64,000 nt of DNA from Camelus ferus (lineage: Eukaryota). A program made the position numbers and the translations under genes. Positions 1-14,097 of this stretch are shown here, in pieces (within the stretch, counting starts at the first letter, position 1; each line of letters starts with the position of its first letter). The stretch is taken from positions 37,202,001 through 37,266,000 of the forward strand of contig NC_045697.1 of assembly GCF_009834535.1 (NCBI RefSeq), written 5' to 3'. Under the pieces are notes generated by a model. It was not told where the DNA came from. It searched no databases and was given only the letters and a program-made list of their open reading frames with translations.

Positions 1-1858
1 TCTAGTCTGTCCTGTTGATTATCACAGCAAGGTCCTGGGGCCATTTGCTCAGTGAACATTCAGTTTCCAGGGGCTACCAGTTCTTTAACAAAAGATGCTC
101 CCCAAATTAGTGCTCACTTCGGCAATCAATGGTAAGCAGTGATGTCACACATATCTCATATAAGTGTCCTATCATGGCTTATGACTCTGAAAGAAGGCAA
201 ATTTATCTGGGCACCTTCTCTGTAGCGGGTATGCTGGGAATAAGACCCAATCCCTGCCATCAAAGAGGAGCTATTCTGCAATTGTTTGATGTATTTGTCT
301 CTGTGACCCCAAGGAAGGCATCAATATTTCAGCTCTTTGATGACTTAATTTAAGTAGCACACTGGGATTTTACCCACTCCTTACAAAATTTTCTTCGATT
401 TTTTTTTTTTTTGACAGCTTGCTGTCATTTGTGTCTTCTGATGCTTTATTTTGAGTTGTTTTGGAGTTTGCATTTGGTACAGGTAGGTATCCAATAAAAA
501 TCTTCATTAAATGAATGTAGAAACAATCAGAGGTTTTAAACGCTTCAAAATGATGGATGGTCAATTGGTTTGATAGAATTCATAGGAGAAAATTACACGT
601 GTTGGTTTGTGTGCACACTGAAATACTTACAAGAATCTCAACTAATATATATTTTTAAGAACATAAGTACTTTTTCAGCTAAGGATCTTAGGTTGACTTG
701 AATCAAATATGACTTACATTTCCTCCAGTGCTTAAAGCTTGGTTTGAAGCTTAAGTACTTGGGTTCAAAGTATTTCAGCTTTTAACGAAAATCCTTTGGA
801 TTCCATCAAAATCGTAGATTAAGTATGCTTACCCCAATCCCCTGCTTCACAAAATGGGCTGCAAATCTATTTTAGTAAATGTTTTACATAAGCCCTTTCT
901 TGAGAAATGGTTAGTAAGTAAATTTAAGATAATCTATTCTAGTTAGAAAAACAAAACATTTCTGAATGCATTTCAACTAAGATTTGTTTTATTAAGGGTA
1001 TTTTTCATTAACCTTGAAACCATTCAAATTACACAGAAATAAAATTGTTTAAAAAAATAATTTTGCCTTACTGGTGCACTTAAATTTTCTTCTTTTTCTT
1101 TCATGTGTTAGTTATCACATGTCTTCATGTGTTATGAATTTATTATTTTTAAAGAATACTTATGACATGAGAGCTGATTGTTACATTATCACCAATACTT
1201 GTGACCACAGATTGACACGCACATGCATTATTCATGTTTTTGTTTAGGGTTAGATTCTTTTTACTCTAAGTGACTAATCTGTTCAGTCTAAAAGAGCTCA
1301 TAAAGGGTTTTAAGATTAATCTGTATCACTATTCCTTGATTATGGATACAATTCATCATGCATTCTAAGTCTGTTTTCTACTCTTGGGGAGACCAATGGG
1401 GTGGGTGATCATATAGAATAATATAATTATAGTATTGTAGAGCTGGAAAGAACTCAGTGTAATCTTCATTTCACACAGGCAATGATTGGGCTTATAGTTT
1501 AAGTGATATGTTCACTCTTCTAACCTTATATACAAAGATAATTTCAGAATTGTTGCACCTCGAGACGGCAGTTGGGGTAACTTATACATACTTATCCCCA
1601 GTGAGTCTTTTACCAACCACCTGTCCTCTTCCCAGAATGCAGTACAAGAGTGAACTACCAGGCTGCCCACAGGAGATACAGATGGGTAGTATGTTTGATG
1701 TGAAACTATGGTGTCTTCTCCATCACTCATATAACACACATGATGCTGAGAGCTCACAACAGAAACCAAAGTATCGGGAACAAGATGACCAGAAGGGAAT
1801 AAAGAACAATTCCATAGGGGATAACATGCCAATTTTATTCTTGCAAATATTGACTTAG

Positions 1859-2209
1859 TACTAGGCGCTGAATGTTTGTGTCCCCTCAAAATCCCTATGT
1901 TGAATCCTAACCTCCAAAGTGATAGTATTTGGAGGCGTGGCTTTTAGTGTTTAGATCATGAGGGTGGAGCCCTTATGAATGGAATTAGTCCTGCTATTAG
2001 TCCTCTTTTGTATGGTTATAAAAGAGACCCCAAGAATTCCCTCTCACCCTCTGCCCTATGAGGACACAAGGAGGGAAAAGAGGGTATCTATGAACCAGAA
2101 AGCAGGTCTCACCAGACCCAGGCTCCAGAACCATAAGAAATAAGTGTTTGTTGTTCAAGCCCTCCCATCCATGGTAGTTTTGTTACAGCAACCCAAACAG
2201 ACTAAGATA
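1859..2209 (+). mobile_element. Solo MaLR LTR, MLT1A0-like
   Basis: Matches recalled MLT1A0 consensus (ctgaatgtttgtgtcccc...catgagggtggagccc...ataaaagagacccc...gactaaga). 5-bp TSD cttag (1854-1858) / cttat (2210-2214). Confidence 0.9.
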
Positions 2210-2514
2210 CTTATGAATCAAACTTTTTGCTAGAATTGACAGGTGGTAGTTTCTCAGAGACAGAGGGTTTCACAACCATCTGCCACCCAAGACCAGATGT
2301 ATAAATGGCACAGACATGTCTAAGGCTTGTGAGTCTCTTGACTGAGATGGTGACACATGGGCTGGATGAGGTTCCTGGCTCATGATCAATTCTGGTAACA
2401 TGGCAAAACTTGCCGGTTGGCAATTAGGAAAAGCTTCTTGAAAAGTAAATTCCCTATTGAAAATTACCAGTGTTCAGGTGATTAGTTGAATCTGTTTCTT
2501 GGGTTTGAGGAGAC

Positions 2515-2690
2515 AATGGAGAATAGCAGGAAGGACCAAGGCTTTAGAGGGAGACAAACCTGGATTTGAACTTCGCTCTACTACATGGTAGCTATGTGAC
2601 TTCTCTGTAAAATGGGGGTAATGATACTGTCCTTGCAATATGATTTTAAGAATTAGATGCTAGTGCATTTAAGATAAATAAATACCCAAT
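2515..2690 (+). mobile_element. MIR SINE fragment
   Basis: agacaaacctggatttgaa...tagctatgtgact...tctgtaaaatggggg taat MIR core. Confidence 0.75.
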
Positions 2691-2759
2691 GAGTCACAGT
2701 TACTAACTTCCCTCCATCCATGTGAAGGAGGACAATGATGTATAATGATCTTTATTCCT

Positions 2760-2935
2760 TATTAGATGCCAGGCAAAAACTTTATAAACTCTCTTTTCGA
2801 ATCTTTATAACAATCCTTAGACTCAGGTATTATTGATATTTTTTATAAACAGGAAACGTAGATTCAGTAAAGTAGCCTACCAAAGTCACCTGGAAAGTGA
2901 GCTGCAGAGGAAGGGTTCAAATCCAGATCTGTCCC
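2760..2935 (-). mobile_element. MIR SINE fragment
   Basis: Reverse MIR core: tgccaggca...acaatcct...aggtattatt...aggaaac...aagtcac...ggttcaaatccagatctg. Confidence 0.7.
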
Positions 2936-4189
2936 CCTTTTCACTGGTACCCTACATTCTCTCCCCACTTCCTTTGTGAGATCCTGATTCCACTCCATAG
3001 ATGGTCATTCTTTCCATGTCTGTTTAGGCTGAAAGAGAAGCCATGATTAGCTAATGAAGATGATTTAAAACTACCAGAATTAATTCTGAAATGCCTGCGA
3101 GGGGGAAAAGTACTAATTTCTGCAGTTTGACTGGGGACCCTCAGGAACCCAGGTGTAACTAGAAGGCAGTGAGACAGATGTTTGACTTTTAGCTTAAACA
3201 GTGGAATTTTTAGTGCTCTGTGTTTGTTTTAGAACATATTTTATAGCAGTTGCTGTTGAAATGATGGGAAGATAGAAATCTCTTTTAGCATTTGGAAGTA
3301 CTTCTTTTTCATTTTCTTTGGAGTGGCAATGTTACGACTGGCTTCAGAAGATGAAGTTTTTAAGACATGTATGCTAACTTCCGACGTTAGCTGATTTCCT
3401 TTAGCTCTGCTATAGTAAAATTCAGGTAAACACAATTTTATTCCATGCCTTCCATTAACAAGGTCAAAAGATTACAACATACAAAGCCATGTTCCTTTCA
3501 GTCTAACAAAGCATTTAGCTGGGATTACACTTACTGTCTTGGAGTTTTCTTGCTTCTTAAATCTTGTTCTGATTTCCTTGGTTGAGGTTGTCTAGTAACT
3601 CTTTGTTACCTGAACTTGTAGCTAGAGATAGTGGTTAAAGGGCAGCCTGAAGACACTCTCTTGTGTGCTGGGCTCCTGCAGGTCTCGGGGTGCTAAAATT
3701 TGGGAAATGATCTTATAGCAAAAATACTTAAAGCCTAATTTGTAGACTAGCATGCCGATGGTAGCATTGTAGCACCGAACTTGTTACATTGCTGATTTGT
3801 CCTTTTGTTAATATTACTCTATCTGGAAAGACAAATAACAGTTAATCCATCAACAAATGTTTTAGGAATGTTTAAAGAGTATCTCCCACACTATGGACAC
3901 CGTGGCAGTTACACGGAGGTGTAGTATAGTGGAATGAGCAAGGGTTCCTGGAGAAGAAAGCTCAAGTCTGCTGCTGATGGCGGTGATGATGATGAATGAT
4001 GATGACGATGGGGATGTTAATGGTGGTGATGATCAATCACTGAGCATCTTTCATGTATCAGAATCAAGAATCAGCCTAAATTGTTTCTAAAACCCCTACT
4101 CTTTCTAACATGCCCCCACTTCCTTGTAACCAGCACAGTTCTATAGCATGGTAGATATTCTGTAGGTAGTTCACTTTAATGTCCCATTG

Positions 4190-4385
4190 CTAGGAAGTAA
4201 CAGGGTTGGGGACACCAGTGATGTGACATCAGACATGTAAATTAAGTCCCTTCACCTCTCTAAGCTTTGTTTTTCTAAGAATAATTATACCTATGAGGTA
4301 TCAAAGGGTAGAGGCTTATACAAAGTACCAGATGCCTGGAAGACATTTCATAATTGGTAGTAATTATTAATATTATTACTATTAT
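4190..4385 (+). mobile_element. MIR SINE fragment
   Basis: aagtcccttcacctctctaagctttgttttt...ataattataccta, ending in a (TAT)n tail. Confidence 0.6.
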
Positions 4386-7300
4386 TAGACAGAGCCTTGC
4401 CCTCTAAGAAGCCTCAGTGACATGGAAGGGAGTTTTAAGAAGAATACGATCATTAGTAAGTACCCAAAACTTCAGGATAGTAAGAACGGGTAATAATTTG
4501 TTGTTACCATGGAGTTACTGGAAAAGGAACTCAGATAGGTCATGACGCTGGGCATGATGAACTAATGGAAATTCATGCACTTCTTCCCTGTGCATATAGT
4601 GCACAAGTCAAGGCCATGCATCATGCTCTTTTTCACTGATTCCACGTTGGGACTGCGCTAACACGGATTTCCTGAGCTTCAACTCCCTTGTCCTTGGGTA
4701 GCTATGTTTACATCCCTGTGGCAAACTCAGATCCATTGTTTCCGTCATCCCATTCTCCTGAAGCTGCCCTCCATGCCACAGCTTCCCTTCTGCCCAGGTG
4801 AGGCTGATTATGTTCCCAGGGAAGCTTTTCCCAACCTTAGCCTCAGGATTTGTGAGAAGAAGGCACTAAAAAGTTATAGTCTACTGACTGGCTGCACATG
4901 GAGATTGAACTGATGGGCACCTTCTCCTCTGTGACTTGCTGAACTGTGGTTGTCATTAGCTTTGTTTTCTAGCTTGTTATCAGTGGATAGAGAGGCAATA
5001 AAATGCTGCTCCATTTTGCAGAGACAATTGTTCCAGAGAATTTCAGTACTTGCTTTGGTCTTTGTTAGTTTGGGACAAATTTAAATTATGTGAACAAATC
5101 TTCCTTCTCCGGAATATTTCAGTTTTTATGTTTTTCCCCTTGATTGCTCTCAGTCTGCATGAGAGCAGTACTGGACCTCAGATGCCCTCTTATTGGGGCA
5201 TCTCAAAGACCTTTACTGAAAAACATCTCAGAGGTGATTTTTAACTAATTAACTAATTAATTATCATATAGAATTTAAAAAATAAGTAATACATATTTAT
5301 GGTGGTTTTCAAATGGAACAAAAGGGTAAATAGTGAAAAGTAGGTCTCTTTTCCTGATTTCCTTTCCCATTTTTTTTTTTTTACAATAAATGGGTGGCAT
5401 AATACAATCCAATCTGAACATAGATGAAATTTGAGGTTTTTTATTATGATAAATGAATATTTCTACTTGATCAAAGCTGTAAATTCACAGACAAAGAATG
5501 ACACCTGCAACTAAACATGTTATTATCAACAACCACAGAAGCAATACATAGAGAAGGAGATCAAAGAAAAGTAAATGGAGAATCCAGGGAAGGTGGGTGG
5601 AGCGACACTCACCCTTGACATGACTCCTTGAGACCCACTTTGTCATTTCCAAGTCACCATGCGACTAGCTGATGGACAGACTTTTTAGGGAATTTCAGGG
5701 TGAAATGTAAAATGGAAGTTGTCTCTTCCCCCAATTAACTCTTCAAAAAAACCCACCTCCTGTGTCTACCTTACTAGAATAATTCGTAAGGATAGCCAAA
5801 GTCCTCTGCTCTAGCTTTGCAAAATAACTTCAAAAATTATTTGGAGGGAATGATAAAATCTGTATGGTCATCTCAGAGTTCAAGAAAAGTTTCCTATTTC
5901 CCTGGCCATCCTGACATTCTTATTACTTCTCAGCATGAAACTAAGGACAGAAGAATCTTAGGTGTTTACCCTAAGGTGTTACCCTTAAGTGTTTCTTCCA
6001 AATACCAATTCCCATTAAAAAAAAAAAAAAGAAAGAAAGAAAGACAAAGAAAAAAACAGAAACAAACAAATGAAAACTCCAAAAGTCCAAGGAAAGCCTC
6101 AAGAGGACGTCTGTGGCCCTAGGCTGCTCTCAACTTTCTTCATAAGCCTGATTTCCTTGGGTCTGCTGGGTTTGGCCCAGAATAAATACAAACCATTCTT
6201 TTCTCATGACTTTTGCTTTTCATTCCCTACCCAAGAGTATTATGACCAATGTGGTCATTGGAAGATCAATTAAGCATCTCAAGAAAAGATACTGTTTCAA
6301 AGTTAAAATATTTCACACATGGATTATAAATGATAAATTCTACCTCTACCCCACTTCCACTCTTCACCCTCCTTATAGTCTCTAGGCTTTGAAGCTTTTC
6401 TCCAATAAAACTAACAAATCAACATGTTAGGAATGCATTTAATCTTGGGCCAACCAGAACCAAGATTTAATCATTATGAATTAACTAATTAATACTATAA
6501 TTAACCATGTCTGTTCCAATGACTATTCTACAACAGTAAATAAATGATGCAGTATGTATTTGTCAGATGAGTTAGTCTCTCCAATTCTCCACTCTCTTCT
6601 CCATAACCTAGTCCTTCTTTTTTTCCCATTTAATTTCTAAATTTATTTAAAATTATGTACCACAGCAAGTGACTCATCACAGGAGAATCTGCCTCTCCAG
6701 CAGTATGTAGTCCCTGGCATATAAATTTCATTTAAGGACAGATTCTAAGTTTCTTGAGGCCAGGCTCTGCATCTTACATCATGTTATATCTGCAGCCCCT
6801 AACATGCTACTGACAACTGAGTGAGTTTGTAGTTGGAGGAACAGATCAAGCAGGAGTGGATGAGTGGGTTGATGAGAAGGATGCTATGAAATTTGAACTT
6901 AGTATATGAAATAAAAGGTTCAAAAGTTTAGGAAGGTCAAGGGCATTACAGACCTCAAAGATAATCATAAAGATTAAAACAGCAGCTGGGAGATAATGTA
7001 TCCAGATTCCTTGGAAAAGTGAAGACCACAGCAAATCATTAGAAGTTTCTAACACTTTTTTAAGTTAGAGGACTAAAATTGTGTATTGCTTCTTTCCAAT
7101 GTCAGTTGTGAAAATCAGTCTACCTTCCAGACATGTTTGGAATATATGAGTTGCCCATCTGCCTTTTTTGCTATTTCTTGAGAAAGATTATGCTCAGAAT
7201 CATTAGAAAAGTAATTCCCTCTTGATTTTTCAAGAAAATCCCAGATGTGACCTGCACATTGATAACGGAGAATTTAGTTTGCTGGCAAGAGCTGAATTGG

Positions 7301-8394
7301 ATTTTGGTTGTATTTTTTAAGTAGAGTTGCTATAGTTTCTTTTTTCAAGGACAAATTCAAATATCTTCTTTCCTCTTGTCCAAGACTGTTTCTCTGATGG
7401 GAAACTCCATTGGAATAGAAATAGATTTTAGGTGGCAAAAAAGTCCAATTGACAAATATTTTTTAAAAACCCACTGGTGAGATCAAAGTACCAAATTCAA
7501 CTCCGAAAAAGTATTCCTGGAAATGTAGGATCAATTCCCTAATCTCTCTCTCAATAATAGTACCTGAGAGAGGCTGAGCAAGGATGCAAATCAGATACTG
7601 GAAATTAAGTTACTTTGTTTAAAATGACCAATTCCACAGTGGAATTTAATCACATGAACCCTGGCATTATTTAAACACCAGACCACATGATCCAATGGCA
7701 CAAACTGTCAACCGTGTACTATCCTGCACGTATGAAGATTGCCTGGATGTTGCTTTGCACTGAAGTAATGATTATAAATTTCAATTGGTTAATACAAGAG
7801 ATGGGCCTTATTTGTTAAAGTAACTTGTGTGAGAAAAGAAAATTGTTAAGAAATACATGTTGTCACATACCTTTACATTTAGACCAACAGTGGGCTCTGG
7901 ATGTGAGCCTGGGACAGTATTAATACGTTCTCTTTAACATGAGTGAAACCTATGAAGTAAAAACTTTTGCCCAGGAGATAAACTTCTGAAATAACCCCCA
8001 AAGTAAATATAAAATAACCACTACAGAAACAAGAGTGCGATGATATTTAAACTTCCCTTCTGAAATAGTTGATAGAATTCAAAGGAAATAATGGCACCTC
8101 AGGGACTTTAGGAAAAAATATGCATATTAAGAAAAACAGGAGGGGAATTTGCAAACAGGGAAATAGTCATGTTGGGCTGGTAGGATCATGGATGGGTTTT
8201 GCTCTCTCTTATTTCCTCCAATTTTATAAACTGTTGGAACAAAAAGAAAATGTCTCAATTGTGCTCTTAGTTCCAGAGTATGATTGATAGAGTCAGAATG
8301 CTCTGGGCATCTGTTTGTTCCCTGTAATGGTCTACTGTTTGCAGAAGTTATTTTGGGGTTTTTATTAAGACCTGGAGGAAAAGAAGAAGGGGTC

Positions 8395-8407
8395 TGTGTG
8401 TAGGGTG

Positions 8408-8438
<31 letters not shown>
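8395..8438. repeat. (TG)n microsatellite, interrupted
   Basis: gtgtgtgt...gtttgtgtgtgtgt seen directly. Confidence 0.95.
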
Positions 8439-10140
8439 ACAGTTCTGTCTTATTGAGCTGTCCTTTTTTGCTGCATGAAAGAACATTTTCTTTGTCCATA
8501 TTCTCTTTCTCTCCTTTGATACCTATTCTCTAGGACAACTTGCTGAAAAACAATCTCCAGTCAACAAAAGATCCCCTGGGTAGAAGGCATTATGTTTTCG
8601 TATTCTATGTCATTGTCTCTACTGTAAAAACAATATTATATTCTGCAGAAAAACACATGATGGTTACACACTTCAGCAAACTTTATAGGTTAAGATAACT
8701 CTAAACTTAGCAGGTTAAGATAATTTTCAAGTCATTGCCAAAATGCAATAAAAATACAGCACTTTGTTCTCTACCAATAGTCATTCTAAGATAGTAAATT
8801 ATAGCCTTATATTTAAAGATAACATTGAGAGAGAAGATAACAGTGAACAGTGGAGGAGGTGGGGAAGTATGTATTCAAGACTTTGCTACTCTTAGTCTCC
8901 CAGCAGGTTTCAGACTCAGTTTCCCCATCTGTGCAATGGCCAAAATGTTCTTTACCTGACTCCGAGGACTGACGTGAAAATGCTCTACAAGAACTGGCTG
9001 TTTTCATAGTTTTGTGTAGGGTTTTTGTGGTTTTGTTGTTGTTGTTTTGGGTTTTTTGATTTGTTTATTTGTTTTTGTCTCTCAGCAAACCACAAGAAGT
9101 AATTTTCCACTCTCTTCAAGAACAGGTCCTGCTCATCTTAGCTCACTCTAGCATATATCCTAGCCTAGAAAATGAAAGATTTCATGCTCCCCTGTCCTAG
9201 GACTCAAAGACGTGGACCTACATGCAATCAGAGACCTCTTAAGCTACGGAGAGCATTATTTCCAGTGAATCTCGGTGCTTGGTGAAGCCAGAGGGACCCT
9301 CCAAAGCCGCTGTCTCAGGCACTAAGTCTTTCCAAATGAGAGCTCCTTGCTGGCACTGGGGCTGAATCACTCTCTCGCAGTAAACTTCCATCCACCAAAA
9401 TGTCTCTGGAGAACCTCAGTTTATCATCATCCGTAGAAAATAGGAAGCCTGCACAAAGCTTTCTAAATCCCTAATTCACTTGGTGGGATCTTGAAACCAG
9501 TCATGGCTGAGGGCAGAAACAGGGGGAAATGAACCCCAGGCGGACTTAGGAAATATGGGAGCTAGCACTTGCCTTGACATCCAGCTTCTTTATGGTCTGT
9601 CTTTTTGATTTGCCATATTTTCCCTTAAGTATTTTGATGGGATTTTGCAGTTGTTCACAAGAAAAGGTAGGGATTTCAGGGTATGACTTCCTTCCCTTCA
9701 AGGATACAGCAATAGAAACACAGGGAGTTCTTGGTCTACCCACAGGACAGAGGGAAAATTCTAGTGGTCTCTGAATGACCAGCTGAGGAGCTGGGAGGCA
9801 GGCATTTCGCTGTGGGAACAGGGAGGCCTGGGCACAGGATGAGGAGAAGGGAGCCATGAAGACTGGGTGGGGTGCCTTCAGGAAGGGCTTGCAAACCAGA
9901 GTCTGAGAACTGTCTCCACTGAAAGACAGAATGAAACAAGCAGAAGCAAAACTGAACGAAGATTTGGTTGACGGCTGGGACTGAGTTGTTTTAAGCTTGG
10001 GGCAGTATTAAATTCTTAATAATCTCATAGGGTTGTTAGGTTGCTGGAGGAGATGACACACCAAATTTTCTCCATTAAAAGTGGGCAAAACAGATCCATT
10101 TCTGCCTGCAGGAAACATATGGGGGAGTAGATATTAATCT

Positions 10141-10591
10141 TGTAGTTACCTAGACTGATAATGGTTATAGGAGAAGTACCACAGATGACAGAAAACCACA
10201 GGGAGCTCAGAGAACATCCACGGATCTCACCACAACCGTTGTAGCTGTGGGTCTGTAAAAGATTTCCTGACGTGGAGACCTTTGGGTTGAGACCAGCAGG
10301 CTGAGGTATGAGAGAACGAGAAACATCTCTGTGAGCTGTAGGGACAGCCAGAGTCCTCAGAAGATGGCCTTAAAGGGACAATTCTGTGATGAGGAGAGGG
10401 TGTTGGAGAGAAGCTTTTGTCATGGATTGCAGGTTCCTGAGGACCAGGAGGGAAAGTTTGGAAGAGAAGGAAATCATGGGAGGCTGAGTGAAGGCTTGCT
10501 CCCCTCCAGCCCCCTTCCCTACACGGGATTGATGAAGTAATCCATTCTCTGAATTCACCACACTGTTCCAAAGTGGATCCTGAATTTCACA
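10141..10591 (+). mobile_element. Possible ancient LTR (family uncertain)
   Basis: ~450-bp purine-rich segment bounded by TG...CA (tgtagtt...tttcaca). No clean TSD. Confidence 0.3.
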
Positions 10592-10947
10592 TCTTTTGAC
10601 TTTTACGCAACCTGAACTTTGTCAGAAAGAACTAGAAACCCTTAAAAGTAACTGTGAATACCCAGAGGAGTCTTAACAGAGAACTCTTGGGGAACTTGGG
10701 AAATGGAAAAAAATCAACCAAAAAGCTCCTTCTCAGGGGCTGCTGAGGAACAGGGGTTTGGGATAGAGGGTCTACTGCCTCATGCTGCCGGAAAAGGGAG
10801 CAAGTGACTGTTCCATTTGGGAATGAAAAACCTCTAGCTTAGAAAGAGGAATCTCAGATTGACTCAGTCACTCAGATGGAAGGCATTTCATGGTTTGGCA
10901 GTATGGACGTTTTCTGCTTTATCTGGTTTTCAAAGAAGCATCTAGTC

Positions 10948-11266
10948 CTGCTCAGTCCAGAATGGTAGCCACTAGGCACAGATGGCTATTGAGCACTTGA
11001 AATGTGGCTTGTCCAAATTGAGATGTGCTATAGGTCTAAAACACACACTGGAGTTCAAAGACTTAATATGAAAAAAAAATGCATGCAAAAAGATCTTATT
11101 AAGAATCTTTATTGACTACTCTGTGAAATGATGATGTCCTGGATATACTGGACTCAGTAAAATACATGATTAAAATTAATTTCTCCTCTTTATTTTTCCT
11201 TTTCTTAGATGTGTGGGTCTTAGAAAGTTTAGAATGGCGTGGTCACACCTGTGAACACTAGCACTG
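10948..11266. mobile_element. hAT-Charlie MITE, MER33-like
   Basis: atggtagccactag...tggctattgagcacttgaaatgtggct...aattgagatgtgct. 8-bp TSD atctagtc (10940-10947) / gtctagtc (11267-11274). Confidence 0.88.
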
Positions 11267-12059
11267 GTCTAGTCAGACAGACCATCACATTCCCTATCTC
11301 ATCTCGCCTCCCAGACAGCAACTTTACCCACAACAGCAACATAACGCAGATGATTGGTTCTGGAAGAGAAGTACCATGTAATTCCATATTCGTTTCAATA
11401 CGCTGCGTTTCCCCCACCTCAACAATCTGAGACAGAGTGAAAAATACATGTGGCCTGTCTAAACCGTAGGCTTGAGTATCTGCTTCCTTGACGTTCCTGT
11501 TGATGGAGGGAGGGGTCTGCTGCTGTTCTGTCTGCTCCCCTGAGCTCTTCATCTGCCTGGCATGCCCGACACCGGTGCATTGAGAATTGTTTCTGCCAGT
11601 GCTGCCTTTCACAGATGTAGCTTTGGGGAAGGACCTGCAACAGTTCTCAGAGCATCAGGGGAAAAGACATCGTCAATTTTTCCCTTCCAAATGCAGTGTT
11701 TACAAATGCAGCTGTGAAGGGCTCGCTTCCCCTCGGCACCTAGAGGCACACTCACCACCTTTGTTCTCCTTGAGACTGGGAAAGGCCTCTCCCAGGGGAA
11801 TCTGCATTTTAAGATGGAATTCTTCAAAGCTCCAAAAGCCTACAGTATGCAAAAATTAAAAAAAGGCATTTAATGAGGTAATTTCAAACTTGATGGCAGA
11901 GAGTGAGGACAATTTTGTCCCCTGCTCCCTCTCCTTGTCAAGTCAGCCCGAGGAAACGTCTCAAGTTAATCTTAAAAATGAGCTATTGGAAATGGATTTG
12001 GAGTAGAATTCTAAAGGCATAGAGGGCTCTGGCTTGAGAGAGAGGAGGCGAGATCCTTA

Positions 12060-12200
12060 GAGTAATAGCTAGCATTTATGTAGCCTTGTTACCAGCCTAG
12101 CTCTGCTGTAAGCATTAATTCACTTCATCTTCATAACAGTCCTACAGGGTGAATGTAATTGCTATTTCCATTTTACAGAAGTGCAAACTGAGGCAAGGGG
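12060..12200 (-). mobile_element. MIR SINE fragment
   Basis: taatagctagcatttat...tcataacagtccta...ccattttacaga...aaactgaggc. Confidence 0.8.
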
Positions 12201-12571
12201 GCATTACACCCGTTTTTTAACACCATTCGCTGATAAATGACAAGACTACTTAGGGCCTCACCCCGGCCCGCACTTGTATCCGCTATCCTTCACTGTCTCC
12301 CAGCGGGAAGGGAGTGCAGGAGAAGTCGGCAAGTTTGGCTTCATCTGTCTGTTGAATCAGCCAATGTAATCTTCCTGCAGATGAGTTCCAAAACTTTATG
12401 AGCCTGCAGACATTTTTTGTAGCCTCTGAAATATTCATGATCCTTCCTACACTTAATGCAAGGGCTCAGAGTGCCTGGGCTTCCCTCAGCGTTGATGGAA
12501 AGCGTATTGCGTGGTCGATAACTTCCTATACGTGGTATTTTAAACTGCGGCTCTCTAAAATATAAGTTTCA

Positions 12572-12794
12572 ACTATACACAAAATAGATACATAGCAGGG
12601 TCCTACTCTACAGCACAGGGATCTACATTCAATATCTTATAATAACTTATAATGGAAAATAATATATACATTAATGCATAACTGAATCACTTTGCAGTAC
12701 ACCAGAAATTAACACAACACTGTAAATCAACTGTACTTCAATAAATAAAGAAATAAAAATAAATAAATAAATAAATAAATAACAAAGGAGGAAA
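12572..12794 (+). mobile_element. 5'-truncated L1 3' end (cetartiodactyl-type) inserted in an L2 fragment
   Basis: gtcctactctacagcacaggga...actgaatcactttgc...aacacaacactgtaaatcaactgtacttcaat followed by an (AAAT)n tail. Degenerate TSD aaaatataagtttca / aaagtgtaagcttca. Confidence 0.9.
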
Positions 12795-13557
12795 AAAGTG
12801 TAAGCTTCATGAGGGAGGGGTGTTTCTTGTCATTGTGTTCTCCATTCCCGGGACAGTGTCTGGCTTCTAATTGGCTTTCACTAACTACAGCTAACCCTTT
12901 CCTTCAAGTCCTACTTGAGTAGAAATGAAAAAGTTAATACCATTCCCTTTCCAAAGAAGTAAGGGGACAGTTACTCAATAGATTATATTATTTATTATCT
13001 CTTATATAATCTTTTAAATCCTTTCACCCCAGAAACTTTAATTACCAATGGGCAAATGTTTCTATAATTTCTTTGACCATAATTCTGATGTCACAGTCAA
13101 ATAATTGGACTTGTAAATTTTAACAAGAATAACTACAAGCAAGTAAACAAACTAAATAATGCAAACATTCTTACTGAACCGGCTTTCTTGGATTAAAAAG
13201 AAATATTTTTGGTAACTGATAATTTCAGAGAACCCATTATGTTCTCTTCATTGCATGAATCCCTCCTCAAAAAGGATAAAACAAATATTTGCTTTTTATG
13301 AGTTAAAATTGCAACATGTATAAATAATTGGTTTCCAATGGTGCATGCAAATAACATCAGAATTTGTTTTAAATGTGGAAGCAGTTGTGGAATATAATTA
13401 CACAGTATGCAATTCAACACCCTCTTGCTCATTAATATATATGGACCCTCTAATAGAGGTTCATTATTTCTTGGGAGTCAAATCTGGCAGGTCAGATCCA
13501 AAGAAGGTAATTTTCCCTGGTCATCAAATAGATACTAGTTTCAAAAGTAAATCAATA

Positions 13558-13719
13558 GCCGTATCCAAATCAATTCCAACATTTAGAAAAGAGGTCCACT
13601 TAAAACCCAAATTCCAATTTGATTAGTACTTTGCAAGAAATATTAATTATAGGGATATAAAACAGGCTATGTAAAGCTTACCTCTTCTCATTCAACCCCT
13701 CCTCCTTCCATTTCAGTGG
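13558..13719 (+). repeat. Copy 1 of a diverged ~160-bp direct repeat (copy 2 at 14581-14741)
   Basis: Shared colinear blocks TCCAAATCAAT, CCAATTTGATTAGT, GCTATGTA, GCTTAC; ~70% identity by eye. Confidence 0.85.
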
Positions 13720-14011
13720 ATAGTAGGGAAAAGGGCATGTTGGCTTTGGTTTCAGTGGTTGGGGATGGGTGAAAAAAGCTTTCTGTATTTATGTAACTAG
13801 TGTGTATATTTGTGTGGGCCTACTCACAACTGTTCCTGGCGTCGTTGCAAAATTCATGGTGACTTCTTCATTTTGCAAATTTTGCAAACTTTGGCTTACT
13901 CACATTTGTAATTCTAAACTGCAATTAAAATTCTGTGGCTTTGTGCCCTTGTCTTGAGAGCATTCGCTTCTGGGTAACCTGTAAAGAAGAGAAGAGGGAA
14001 TGAGTGGGTCC

Positions 14012-14097
14012 TTTTTTTGGATTTTAATTCTTATTTTTTATTGAACTGTAGTTGATTTACAATGTTAGTTTCGTGTGTACCACAAAGCAATTCAGTT

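Noticed and set aside
110..124. gtgctcacttcggca resembles the 5' end of U6 snRNA (14/15)
   Set aside because: The match stops after 15 nt and has no TSD or tail, so it cannot be distinguished from chance.
1508..1889. Overlapping 116-aa and 125-aa ORFs on opposite strands
   Set aside because: No recognisable protein similarity, and the minus ORF starts inside the MLT1A0 LTR.
8687..8723. Short direct repeat aggttaagataa x2 (similar small repeats at ~1985, ~47303 and ~50182)
   Set aside because: Ordinary slippage-scale duplications with no array structure.
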